A stretch of DNA of 44,760 bases from Frankia sp. Lineage in GTDB: Bacteria; Actinomycetota; Actinomycetes; Frankiales; Frankiaceae. This document shows positions 9,160-18,437 of this stretch, one piece after another. Location: the NCBI GenBank assembly GCA_019689615.1, contig JADGHD010000001.1, positions 1 through 44,760 on the forward strand. The letters are read 5' to 3'. Within the stretch, counting starts at the first letter, position 1. Each line of letters starts with the position of its first letter. The translations under genes were made by a program, and so were the position numbers. A model generated the notes under the pieces. It searched no databases. It was given only the letters and a program-made list of their open reading frames with translations, and was not told where the DNA came from.

Positions 9160-10641
9160 GTGAGCACCAGCACGGCCACCACGGCAGGCACGACGGACAC
9201 GGGCAGGGCGGCGGACGCGGCGCCGCGGCGGTACGACCACTGGATCGCCGGCCGGTGGCAGCCGCCGGCCGAGGGCTCCTATCTCCCCACCACCAACCCG
9301 GCGACCCGCGAGCCCGGCGACGAGGTGGCCGCCGGCAGCGCGGCCGACGTGGCGGCCGCCGTCGCCGCGGCCGCGGCCGCCTGGCCCGGCTGGGCAGCCC
9401 GGCCGGCCGCCGAGCGCTCCGACGTGCTGCACGCCGTCGCCGACGTGCTGGCCGCGCACATCGACGAGCTGACCGAGCTGGAGCTGGCCGCGACCGGCAA
9501 GGTCCCGGCCCAGCTCAAGGTCGAGATCGACATGTCGGTCGCGTACTTCCGGTACTACGCCGGGGTGCTGCGGGCCACGCACGGCCGGACCATCGACCTC
9601 GGCGCCGGGGTGCACGCCTACACCAGGCTGGAGCCCTACGGCGTGATCGGCGTGATCACCCCGTGGAACCTGCCGCTCAACCAGGCCGCCCGCTCGCTCG
9701 CCCCGGCGCTGGCCGCCGGCAACGCGGTGGTCGCCAAGCCGAGCGAGTTCACCTCCACCTCGACGCTGCACCTGGCCCGCCTCGCCAGCGCGGCCGGGCT
9801 GCCGGACGGCCTGCTCAACGTGGTCACCGGCACCGGCCCGGCGGTGGGCACCCCGATCGCCGCGCACCCGAAGGTGCGCCGGGTGATGTTCACCGGCTCG
9901 GTGGCCACCGGCCGCCACCTCGCCCGGCTGGCCGGTGAGCGGCTGATCCCGGTGACCATGGAGCTGGGCGGCAAGTCGCCGATCGTCGTGTTCGCCGACG
10001 CCGACCTCGACCGGGCCGCGGCCGCCGCGGCCACCGCCGTCGCGTTCAACGCCGGCCAGGTCTGCTCGGCCACCACCCGGCTGCTGGTCGAGGACAGCGC
10101 GCACGACGAGGTCGTGGCCAGGGTCGTCGAGCGGCTGGAGGCGCTGCGGCCCGGGGTTGACTTCGGGCCGATCATCACCGAGGCGCAGTTCGACAAGGTG
10201 CTCGCCATGCTCGCCGACGCCGAGCGGGCGGGGCTGCGGCCGGTCAGCGGCGGCTCGGCGTACCCCGACGGCCCAGCCGCCGCGGGCCGCTACATCCGCC
10301 CGACGCTGTACGCCGACGTTGCGCCGGACCAGCCGCTGGCCCGCCAGGAGGTGTTCGGCCCGGTGCTGGTCACCCGGCGGTTCACCGGCGAGGACGGGGC
10401 GGTCGCCGCCGCGAACGACACCGACTACGGCCTGGCCGCCAGCGTCTGGAGCGGCGACGCCGCCCGCGGGCTGCGGGTGGCCGAGCGGATCGACGCCGGC
10501 CAGGTCGCCGTCAACGGCGGGCCGCTGACCGTCGAGACGCCGTTCGGCGGCTACAAGGACAGCGGCTTCGGCCGGGAGAAGGGCCTCGAGGCCCTGCACG
10601 AGTACGCCCAGGTCAAGACCATCAGCCTGGCGCTGGGCTGA
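9160..10641 (+). CDS. Aldehyde dehydrogenase
   Basis: ITPWN, KPSE, FTGS, ELGGKS, GQVC, EVFGP, PFGGYK.SG.GRE. Confidence 0.95.
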   Translation: MSTSTATTAGTTDTGRAADAAPRRYDHWIAGRWQPPAEGSYLPTTNPATREPGDEVAAGSAADVAAAVAAAAAAWPGWAARPAAERSDVLHAVADVLAAHIDELTELELAATGKVPAQLKVEIDMSVAYFRYYAGVLRATHGRTIDLGAGVHAYTRLEPYGVIGVITPWNLPLNQAARSLAPALAAGNAVVAKPSEFTSTSTLHLARLASAAGLPDGLLNVVTGTGPAVGTPIAAHPKVRRVMFTGSVATGRHLARLAGERLIPVTMELGGKSPIVVFADADLDRAAAAAATAVAFNAGQVCSATTRLLVEDSAHDEVVARVVERLEALRPGVDFGPIITEAQFDKVLAMLADAERAGLRPVSGGSAYPDGPAAAGRYIRPTLYADVAPDQPLARQEVFGPVLVTRRFTGEDGAVAAANDTDYGLAASVWSGDAARGLRVAERIDAGQVAVNGGPLTVETPFGGYKDSGFGREKGLEALHEYAQVKTISLALG

Positions 10642-10721
10642 CCGGCGCCCCAGCCGGGCCGCTGCGAAGGGGGTGGGTGGTCTCGACGGGCTGACGACAC
10701 GCGAGACGAAGGAGCCAACAC

Positions 10722-11168
10722 GTGGAGGACGAGGCGCTGCGTTCCGCCTACGCGCTGCGCCGGGCGATGCTCGGCGACGCGTACGTCGACAGCCAGACCA
10801 CCGAGGCCGACCCGGTCGCCCGCGAGTTCCAGGACCACATCACCCGGCAGGCCTGGGGGGTGTGGACCAGGGGCGGCGCCCTGTCCAACCGGGACCGCAG
10901 CCTGCTGGTGCTCGCGATGACGGCGGCGCTGGGCCGGATGGAGGAGTTCCGGCTGCACGCTGGCGCCCAGCCCCGCACCGGCGTCACCGACGCCGAGATC
11001 GACGAGCTGCTCTTCCAGGTCGCCGCCTACTGCGGCGCCCCGGCCGCGATCGCCGCCCGGCGGGCGGTCCGTGAGGTGCGGGCCGCCCGCTGGACCGAAC
11101 AGGCCGCGGCGGCCGCCGGCAGCGCGCCGGCACCGGCCACGGCACCGGCCAACGGCACGGAGGCCTGA
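10722..11168 (+). CDS. Carboxymuconolactone decarboxylase-family protein (PcaC-like)
   Basis: R..MLG..YV, AWGVW.R..LS.RDRSL..LA...ALG, EI.E.L.Q.A.YCG.PA. AAGGAG RBS. Confidence 0.88.
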   Translation: MEDEALRSAYALRRAMLGDAYVDSQTTEADPVAREFQDHITRQAWGVWTRGGALSNRDRSLLVLAMTAALGRMEEFRLHAGAQPRTGVTDAEIDELLFQVAAYCGAPAAIAARRAVREVRAARWTEQAAAAAGSAPAPATAPANGTEA

Positions 11169-11170
11169 CC

Positions 11171-12058
11171 GTGCCGGACACCCCCACCAGCCAGCCGGCC
11201 CAGCCGACCGTCGGGTTCGTTGGCCTGGGCAACATGGGCGCGGCCCTCGCCGAGAACCTGGTGAAGGCCGGGTTCGAGGTGCTCACCTACGACGTCGCCG
11301 GCCCCGGCCGCTCGCCGGCCGGCGCGCGGTTCGCCAGCGGCGTCGCGCAGCTCGCCGCCGGCGCCGACGTCGCCGTGTTCAGCCTGCCGGACGGCACGGT
11401 CAGCGAGAAGGTCGCCGCCGAGGTCGCCGCCGCGCCCGGCCGGCGGGTCAGCCACGTCGTCGACACCTCCACGGTCGGCGTGACGGCCGCGCGCCGGATC
11501 GCCGAGCTGGTGGCCGGCGCCGGCGTCGGCTACGTCGACGCCCCGGTGTCCGGCGGCGTCTCCGGGGCCAGGGCCCGGACGCTGTCGGTCATGTACGCCG
11601 GCACGGACGACGACGTGGCCGCGGTGCTGCCGGTGCTCGCCGGCCTGTCCGACCGTATCCGCCGGGTCGGCGACCGGCCGGGCCTCGGCCAGGCGCTCAA
11701 GCTGGCGAACAACTTCCTGTCCGCCACGGCGCTGGCCGCCACCAGCGAGGCGGTCGCCTTCGGCGTGGCCGCCGGGCTGGACATGGCGACGATGATCGAG
11801 GTGCTCAACGCCTCCAGCGGCCGCAACGGCGCCACCGACGACAAGTTCCCGAACGAGGTCCTCACCGGCCGCTACCGCTCCGGCTTCGCCAACACCCTGA
11901 TGGCCAAGGACCTGCGGCTCTACCTCGCGGAGGTCCGGGACATCGCCACCTCGGACGCGGTCGGCACCGTGACCGCCGACATCTGGCAGCGCTTCGCCGC
12001 GGCCGAGCCGGGCGTCGACTTCACCCGCATCTACCCGTTCGTCGAGGGCGGCGCCTGA
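11171..12058 (+). CDS. NAD(P)-dependent beta-hydroxyacid dehydrogenase (3-hydroxyisobutyrate dehydrogenase family)
   Basis: GFVGLGNMG, DAPVSGG, KLANN, GF...LMAKDL. Confidence 0.92.
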   Translation: MPDTPTSQPAQPTVGFVGLGNMGAALAENLVKAGFEVLTYDVAGPGRSPAGARFASGVAQLAAGADVAVFSLPDGTVSEKVAAEVAAAPGRRVSHVVDTSTVGVTAARRIAELVAGAGVGYVDAPVSGGVSGARARTLSVMYAGTDDDVAAVLPVLAGLSDRIRRVGDRPGLGQALKLANNFLSATALAATSEAVAFGVAAGLDMATMIEVLNASSGRNGATDDKFPNEVLTGRYRSGFANTLMAKDLRLYLAEVRDIATSDAVGTVTADIWQRFAAAEPGVDFTRIYPFVEGGA

Positions 12059-12134
12059 GCAGCGGCGCCGACCGGGGCGTGGGTGCCCGGGCGGCGTGGT
12101 GCCGTGTGGTCGTCGCCTTCGGCGTGGCTGCCGG

Positions 12135-13376
12135 TCAGACGACGCCGTCGGCGTGGTAGGTGGCGATCTCGTTGGGGGAGTAGCCGAGCTCGGCCAGCAC
12201 CGCGTCTGTGTGCTCGCCGAGGGCGGGGACGTGGGTCATCGCCGGGGTCCAGCCGGCGGCCACCGGCGGCGGCAGGACGGCCTGGAACGAGCCGTGCGGG
12301 GTGCTGACCTCGCGCCAGCGGTCGCGCACCGCGAGCTGCGGGTGGTCGATGAGGTCCTTGACCCCGTTCAGCCGGGCGTTGCCCAGGCCGGCCTCGTCGA
12401 GGATGTCCTGAGCCTCCTTGAGCGTGACGGCCCTGGTCCACCCGGCGATCGCGGCGTCGCAGCGGGCCCGGTCGCGGACCCGGTCGGCGTTGTGGGCCAG
12501 GGTCGGGTCGTCGGCGAGGTCGGGGCGGTTGAGCACGTTGCGGGCCAGCCGCTGCCACTCGCCGTCGTTGGTGGTGCCGAGCACGACCGTCTGGCCGTCG
12601 GCCGTCGGGTAGGCGCCGTAGGGCGAGACGGCGGGGGAGCCGACCCAGGCCGGCTCCTGCTCGATGCCGGTGCCCATCGTGTAGTTCACCGAGTAGCCCA
12701 TCCACTCGGCGACGACGTCGAACATGCTGACCGAGATCGCGTCGCCGCGGCCGGTGGTGTGCCGGGCGTGGATGGCGGCGAGGATCCAGCTCAGCGCGTA
12801 CATCCCGGTGGCCAGGTCGATGACGGGGATGCCTGGCTTGGCTGGCTGGCCGGGGCCGCCGGTGACGGCGCACGACCCGCCCTCGGCCTGTACCAGCAGG
12901 TCGTAGGCGCGCTTGTGGGACAGCGGCCCGCCCTCGCCGTAGCCGGAGATGTCGACGGCGACCAGCCGCGGGTGGCGGGCCACGGCGGAGGCGGCGTCCA
13001 GGCCGCGGCGGGCGGCCGCGCCAGGGGCGAGGTTCTGGACCAGCACGTCCGCCCTGGCGAGCAGCCGCTCCAGCGCCTCGGCGCCGCGCGGGTCGGCGAT
13101 GTTGAGCGACAGCGACTCCTTGCCGCGGTTGCACCAGACGAAGTGCGCGGCCATGCCGGCCTGCGCGCTGTCGTAGTGGCGGGTCATGTCGCCGCCCCGC
13201 GGGTTCTCGATCTTGATCACCCGGGCGCCGAGGTCGGCCAGGTGCCGGGTCGCGAACGGCGCGGACACCGCCTGCTCCAGCCCGACGACCAGCAGCCCCG
13301 CCAGCGGCCGGCCCGTCGCCGGCTGCGCTGCCGCGCTGGCGTCCGTCGCCTGGGTCGTGCTGGTGCCCTCGGTCAT
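12135..13376 (-). CDS. Class III (CaiB/BaiF) CoA-transferase
   Basis: PL.GL.V..LEQAVSAPFATRHLADLGARVIKIE, NRGKES, catalytic Asp in PVIDLATG, PALGEHT. Start MTEGTS follows AAGGCGGAG. Confidence 0.92.
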   Translation of the reverse strand: MTEGTSTTQATDASAAAQPATGRPLAGLLVVGLEQAVSAPFATRHLADLGARVIKIENPRGGDMTRHYDSAQAGMAAHFVWCNRGKESLSLNIADPRGAEALERLLARADVLVQNLAPGAAARRGLDAASAVARHPRLVAVDISGYGEGGPLSHKRAYDLLVQAEGGSCAVTGGPGQPAKPGIPVIDLATGMYALSWILAAIHARHTTGRGDAISVSMFDVVAEWMGYSVNYTMGTGIEQEPAWVGSPAVSPYGAYPTADGQTVVLGTTNDGEWQRLARNVLNRPDLADDPTLAHNADRVRDRARCDAAIAGWTRAVTLKEAQDILDEAGLGNARLNGVKDLIDHPQLAVRDRWREVSTPHGSFQAVLPPPVAAGWTPAMTHVPALGEHTDAVLAELGYSPNEIATYHADGVV

Positions 13377-13516
13377 CTGGCGCGGCTCCGCCTTCCTCGT
13401 CGTCCGGCTTCCTGCGGCCTGCCGGTGCTGGCCCGTCCCAGCACCGGCATCCTCCCGGGCGCCTGCCCGGCCACGGCGCCCCGCGTGACGGGCGCCACCC
13501 GTCGGCGGCTCCGGCG

Positions 13517-14311
13517 TCAGTTGGCCTGCTTGATCGCGGTCTTCATCTCGTCGAGGTTGACCAGGACCGGCCAGCCGGACACCGACAGCGCGTTGCCGTG
13601 GCCGGTCTGGTGGATGTCGAAGACCGCCTGGATCGCCGCGTAGAAGCCCTGGACATCCAGGGTCTGGTTGACCGCCCGCTTGGCCTGGCGCAGGCCGAAC
13701 GACGGCATCCTCGCGATCTGCTCGGCCAGCGCCCGGGTCTCGGCGTCCAGGTCGGCCCGCGGCACCACCCTGTTGACCATGCCGACCTTCTCCGCCTCCT
13801 CGGCGGTGATCGCCCGGCCGGTGAACAGGATCTCCTTGGCCTTGCGCGGCCCAAGCTCCCAGGTGTGGCCGTGGTACTCGACGCCGCCGATGCCCATCGC
13901 GACCACCGGGTCGGAGAACAGCGCGTCGTCGGCCGCGATGATCAGGTCGCACGGCCAGCACAGCAGCAGGCCGCCGGCGATGCAGCGGCCCTGGACCGCG
14001 GCGATCGATGGCTTGGGCACGTTGCGCCAGCGCAGCGAGAACTCCAGGAACTGGCGGGCCTCGATCTGGTAGACCCACTCGAGGGTCACCTTCTCCGGCC
14101 GGCCCTCCGGCCGGTCGCGCAGGTCGTGGCCGGCGGAGAAGTGCCTGCCCTCGCCGCGCAGGATGATGACTGCGACCTCGGGGTCGTCGGCCGCCTTGCG
14201 CCAGGCCTCGTCGAGCTCGTACAGCAGGGCCTGGTTCTGCGCGTTCGCAGCCTCCGGCCGGTTCAGCGTGATCGTCGCGATCTTGTCGGCGACCTCGTAG
14301 CGGATGTACAC
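13517..14311 (-). CDS. Crotonase-family protein, EchA13-like (lacks both canonical Glu)
   Basis: GTG start after AGGAG. LNRPEAANAQ, FSAGHDL, AGGLLLCWPCDL, FSDPVV.MGIGGVEYHGHTWELGPRKAKE. Confidence 0.88.
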   Translation of the reverse strand: MYIRYEVADKIATITLNRPEAANAQNQALLYELDEAWRKAADDPEVAVIILRGEGRHFSAGHDLRDRPEGRPEKVTLEWVYQIEARQFLEFSLRWRNVPKPSIAAVQGRCIAGGLLLCWPCDLIIAADDALFSDPVVAMGIGGVEYHGHTWELGPRKAKEILFTGRAITAEEAEKVGMVNRVVPRADLDAETRALAEQIARMPSFGLRQAKRAVNQTLDVQGFYAAIQAVFDIHQTGHGNALSVSGWPVLVNLDEMKTAIKQAN

Positions 14312-14376
14312 GTCGTCACTCCTGTCATGGCGGGGCGGCGGTCGGCGTCTGGGCGTGGCCGGTGCGGCCCGGCCGG

Positions 14377-15552
14377 TCAGCCGCGTGGCAGGCCGAGCAC
14401 CCGTTCGGCGATGATGGTGCGCTGAATCTCCGACGTGCCGCCAGCGATGGTGCCGGCGAAGCTGCGCGCGTAGCGCTCGAACCAGCTCGCGAAGAAGCCG
14501 TCCAGGTTCATGTGCTCGAACGGCCGGGTGTTGCCGTACCGGGCGAGCCCGGCCGGCCCCTGCGCGAGCAGCGCGTGCCGATGAGCCGTGCGCGCCGCCT
14601 CCGAGCCGAGGAGCTTGAGCACCGAGATCGCGGCCACGTCGACCTCGCCGCGGGCGGCCTTGGCCAGCTCGGCCGAGCCGAGCACCCGCAGCGCCATCGC
14701 GTCCATGGCCAGCGTCGCGTACCGGTCGCGCTCCACCGGGGTGTTCGGCCGGAAGTCGGCCACCAGCTCGTCGAGCCGGTCGGCGAAGCTCAGCCACAGC
14801 ATGGTGCGCTCGTGGCCGAGCGAGCCGTTGGCCACCAGCCAGCCCTGGTTGAGCCCGCCGACCAGGTTCTCCGCCGGCACCCGGACGTCGTCGAAGAAGA
14901 CCTCGTTGAAGTCCAGGTCGTCCCTGCCGACGATCGAGCCGAACGGGCGGCGGGTGATCCCGGGCAGGTCCGTCGGGATGACCAGGACGCTGATCCCCTT
15001 GTGCTTGGGCGCGTTCGGGTCGGTGCGCACGAACGTGAGGATCATGTCGGCGTCGTGCGCGCCGGAGGTCCAGATCTTCTGGCCGTTGACCACGAAGTGG
15101 TCGCCGTCGAGCACCGCCCGGGTGCGCAGGCCGGCGAGGTCGGAGCCGGCGCCCGGCTCGCTCATCCCGAGCGCCGCGGTGATCTCCGCCTTGAGGATCG
15201 GCACCGCCCAGCGCCTCTTCTGCTCCTCGGTTCCGAACGTCAGCAGCGAGGCGGCGACGATGCCCAGGCCCTGCGGGTTGAAGCTGTGGTAGATCCGGCG
15301 GCGCCCCAGCTCCTCCAGGTGGACGAACTGCTGCAGCAGCGTGGCGTTGCGGCCGCCGTACTCGGGCGGCTGGCCCGGCAGCAGCCAGCCGTGGTCGAAC
15401 AGCAGCCGCTGCCAGCGCCGGGCCCACTCCGGGTGGTGCGCGGTGGAGCGGGGCCGCTCGACGGCCTCCTCCGGGGTCGGCAGGTGGGCGTCGAGGAACG
15501 CCACGAACTCGGCGCGGAACGCCTCGACGTCGTCGTCAAACCGCAGTTGCAT
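14377..15552 (-). CDS. Acyl-CoA dehydrogenase, alpha-type subunit
   Basis: GMSEPGAGSDLA, NGQKIWTSGA, FNEVFFDDV, LGHER, TIAGGTSEIQR. Confidence 0.92.
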   Translation of the reverse strand: MQLRFDDDVEAFRAEFVAFLDAHLPTPEEAVERPRSTAHHPEWARRWQRLLFDHGWLLPGQPPEYGGRNATLLQQFVHLEELGRRRIYHSFNPQGLGIVAASLLTFGTEEQKRRWAVPILKAEITAALGMSEPGAGSDLAGLRTRAVLDGDHFVVNGQKIWTSGAHDADMILTFVRTDPNAPKHKGISVLVIPTDLPGITRRPFGSIVGRDDLDFNEVFFDDVRVPAENLVGGLNQGWLVANGSLGHERTMLWLSFADRLDELVADFRPNTPVERDRYATLAMDAMALRVLGSAELAKAARGEVDVAAISVLKLLGSEAARTAHRHALLAQGPAGLARYGNTRPFEHMNLDGFFASWFERYARSFAGTIAGGTSEIQRTIIAERVLGLPRG

Positions 15553-16645
15553 GGTGCTCCCCGGCGGTCGGCGCTGGCTGGGACTTCGGGTGCTGGTCGG
15601 GGTTGGGCGGGCCGGCGGCGCCGGCGGCGGTGGGCGCCCCGTCGGGCGAGCCGTCGAGCATGATGGCCGCGATCCGGGCCCGGTGCGTGTCTGCGCCGCC
15701 GAGCAGCAGCTCACCGGCCAGCGCCCGCTTCAGCGCGAACTGCAGGTCGTTCTCCCAGGTGAAGCCCATGCCGCCGAAGAGCTGGAAGCCGTTCTCGAAC
15801 ACGACGGTCGCGCACTCGCCGGCCGAGGCCTTGGCCATCGCCGCGGCCAGGGTGCGCCGCGGGTCCTGCTCGGCGATCGCCAGCGCGGCGAAGTAGGCCA
15901 GCGCCCTGGCCCGCTCGATCGCGACGTGCATGTCGGCGGCCTTGTGCTTGACCGCCTGGAACGAGCCGATCGGGGCGCCGAACTGCTCGCGGGCCCGCAC
16001 GTGGTCGAGCGTGAGCTCCAGGACCCGCCGGCAGGCGCCGACCATGGTGATCGCGAGCCCGGTGAGCGCGATGTCGCGGGCGAGCGCCACGTCGACGTCG
16101 CGGCGCTGCTCCTCGCTCACCCGCACCTGCCAGAAGCTGACGTCGGCGACGTGCAGCAGCGGGTCGAAGGCCGCCTCGCGGGTGACGTTCGCCTCGCTGG
16201 CCGGCACCGTGAACACCCCGGCGTCGGTGACCACGGCGAACCAGTCGGCCCGGTCGCCGTCGAGCACGTGGTGGGCGGTGCCGTCGAGCAGCCAGCCGTC
16301 GCCGAGCGGCGCGGGGTGGGCGCTGACGCCATCGAAGACGGCGGTGCCGGCCTGCCCCTCGGCGGCCACGCCGGGCGCGAGCGGGCCGAACCAGGTCGTG
16401 GTCGCCAGGAACGGGGTCGGGTCGGTGGCCCTGCCCAGCTCCTCCAGCAGGATGGCGAGCTCCACCATCTCGCTGGTCGGGGACAGCTCGGTCCAGCCGA
16501 GCCCGGCGATGGCCGCCCACAGCGGGGCGGGGTCCTCGTTGTCGTCGGCGATGGCGCGCACCCGGGCCGGCGGGCATTCCTTGGCCAGCACGTCCCGTGC
16601 TGCCTGGCGCAGCATCTGCTGGTCGTCGTCGAACTCGAAGAGCAT
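15536..16645 (-). CDS. Acyl-CoA dehydrogenase, beta-type subunit
   Basis: MLFEFDDDQ start, LEELGR, REQFGAPIGSFQAVKHKAADM, QLFGGMGFTWE. Overlaps the downstream ACAD start by 17 bp. Confidence 0.9.
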   Translation of the reverse strand: MLFEFDDDQQMLRQAARDVLAKECPPARVRAIADDNEDPAPLWAAIAGLGWTELSPTSEMVELAILLEELGRATDPTPFLATTTWFGPLAPGVAAEGQAGTAVFDGVSAHPAPLGDGWLLDGTAHHVLDGDRADWFAVVTDAGVFTVPASEANVTREAAFDPLLHVADVSFWQVRVSEEQRRDVDVALARDIALTGLAITMVGACRRVLELTLDHVRAREQFGAPIGSFQAVKHKAADMHVAIERARALAYFAALAIAEQDPRRTLAAAMAKASAGECATVVFENGFQLFGGMGFTWENDLQFALKRALAGELLLGGADTHRARIAAIMLDGSPDGAPTAAGAAGPPNPDQHPKSQPAPTAGEHHATAV

Positions 16646-16824
16646 CCCGGCCTCCGGTGCGGACACGGACACGGGCACGGCGTCGGGAACGACCGCGCGC
16701 TGACGGACGGTGGCGGACGGTGCGGCGCGGTGCCCCGTCCGGCCCGTCCGGCCGCCGGCCGCGCCCTGGCCGCCGGGTGTGAGCCGCCACCTTCGTTCTT
16801 GCTCCGCGCCCGAACGAGCCCGTG

Positions 16825-16841
16825 AGAGAATAACATTCTCT
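16825..16841. promoter_or_regulatory. Putative TetR operator AGAGAAT-AAC-ATTCTCT
   Basis: Perfect 7-bp-arm palindrome in the divergent region between the ACAD operon and the tetR gene. Confidence 0.8.
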
Positions 16842-16941
16842 ACCAGTGGAAGCATCGGTCTCAACTGCTAGCCGGCGGGTTGGCAGTCGGCGAAGCGGAG
16901 CATCACGTGGGGCTTGTCGCACCGTGCAGTAGGTTCTACCC

Positions 16942-17622
16942 GTGGCGCAGGATTCGGAGCTACCGGTGAGCGCGCTCAGCGAGGAGCCCGCATGGAAGCA
17001 GCGTGCGGTCGAGCGGTCCACGAAGGCCGCGCGTATGCGGGCCGAGCGAAAGGTACAGCAGTTCCTGGACGCCGCGCAGGCCATCATCACCGAGAAGGGC
17101 ACCACGGACATCACGGTGCAGGAGGTCGTCGACCGGTCCCGGCAGTCGCTGCGCAGCTTCTACCAGCACTTCGGCGGCAAGCACGAGCTGCTGCTGGCCC
17201 TGTTCGAGAACGCCCTGCGCCGCTCGGCCGACGAGATCCGCGCCGCAGCCGAGGAGAAGGTCGAGCCGCTGGAGCAGCTCGAGGTCGCGGTCCGGCTGCT
17301 GTTCGAGAGCTCGATGCCCAACCCGGCCAGCCGCCACCCGCTGTTCACCGATTTCGCCACCCAGCTGCTGGTGTCGTACCCGGCCGAGGTGCGCTCGGCG
17401 CACGCTCCGCTGCTGGCGGTGTTCACCGAGATGATGGCGCGCGCGGCCGAGTGCGGGCAGCTGCGGGCGGACTTCACTCCGCGCCGCGCCGCCGCGATGG
17501 TGATGCAGAGCGTCATGTTCCTGGCGCGGTCCAGCGGCGCGTCCAGCGAGGACGGGACCGGCCATCCGCTGACGTTCCGTGAGGTCTGGAGCTTCTGCCT
17601 GGACGGCTTCGCGGTCCACTGA
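16942..17622 (+). CDS. TetR/AcrR-family transcriptional regulator
   Basis: FLDAA..II.EKG..DITVQEVVDRSRQSLRSFYQHFGGKHELLLAL helix-turn-helix. Confidence 0.92.
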   Translation: MAQDSELPVSALSEEPAWKQRAVERSTKAARMRAERKVQQFLDAAQAIITEKGTTDITVQEVVDRSRQSLRSFYQHFGGKHELLLALFENALRRSADEIRAAAEEKVEPLEQLEVAVRLLFESSMPNPASRHPLFTDFATQLLVSYPAEVRSAHAPLLAVFTEMMARAAECGQLRADFTPRRAAAMVMQSVMFLARSSGASSEDGTGHPLTFREVWSFCLDGFAVH

Positions 17623-17664
17623 CCAACCGCCGGCCGTGGGCCGCGCCGGGGCGGCGGGCCGCGG

Positions 17665-18393
17665 TCAGCCGCCGCTGCCCGGGCGGGCCGCGCGCAGGCA
17701 GAACGCGATGATCCGCTCGGCCTCCGCCGGGCCGGGGCTCTCCCGGCGCCACAGGTAGTCGGACATCACGCCGAGGGTGGCGTGCGCGGCGAGCTGCGCG
17801 TCCAGGTCCGGGTCGGCGCTGCCGAGCTCGGCGAACGGCTCGCGCACCAGCGCGGCCAGCTGCGCGGCGGCGGGGTGGCGGCCGGCCGCCGTCCCGTGCC
17901 CCGGGCCGGTCGCGTTGGACAGCACCGCCAGGGTGGTCGCGGCGACCTCCCCGCTGGTCTGCGCCAGGATCGCGGTCACCCAGCGGCGGACCTTGCCCTC
18001 GGCCGTCGCCTCCTTGCCCATCTGATGGGCGGCGTAGCTGGCCAGCCGCTCGGCCCCGTCCTCGATCAGCGCGGCGACGAGGGCGTCCTTGGACGGGAAG
18101 TGCCGGTAGAACGCGTCGTTGGACAGCCCGGCCGCGGCCACGATGTCGGCCACCCGGGGCCGCGACGACGTCCCGCGCCGGCGCATCTCGGCCAGCCCGG
18201 CGTCGAGCAGGCGGCGCACCTCCTGGGCGTAGCCCTCGGCCCGGGCGGCCAGGGTGCGCGCCGCCGTGCGCGCGGCGACGTCGCTGGCCAGCGCGGCACC
18301 GGCGACCGGCTCGGCATCCTCTGGCCCAGCGCTCGCCGGCCCAGCGGTCGCTGGCCCGACGGTCGCCGGAGCGCGATTCCCGTTCTGGTTCAT
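17665..18393 (-). CDS. TetR/AcrR-family transcriptional regulator
   Basis: LLDAG...RVADIVAAAGLSNDAFYRHFPSKDALVAAL HTH. ATG at 18393 chosen; start uncertain. Confidence 0.88.
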   Translation of the reverse strand: MNQNGNRAPATVGPATAGPASAGPEDAEPVAGAALASDVAARTAARTLAARAEGYAQEVRRLLDAGLAEMRRRGTSSRPRVADIVAAAGLSNDAFYRHFPSKDALVAALIEDGAERLASYAAHQMGKEATAEGKVRRWVTAILAQTSGEVAATTLAVLSNATGPGHGTAAGRHPAAAQLAALVREPFAELGSADPDLDAQLAAHATLGVMSDYLWRRESPGPAEAERIIAFCLRAARPGSGG

Positions 18394-18408
18394 CAGAACA
18401 CCATTCTG
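18394..18408. promoter_or_regulatory. Putative operator CAGAA-CACCA-TTCTG abutting the tetR start codon
   Basis: 15-bp palindrome immediately 5' of the ATG at 18393, with the same geometry as the other sites. Confidence 0.7.
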
Positions 18409-18437
18409 GCACGTCGCCTGGCCGTCGACGGGGTCGC

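Noticed and set aside
10722-11168. AhpD alkylhydroperoxidase
   Set aside because: No CxxC motif. The sequence fits the PcaC-like branch.
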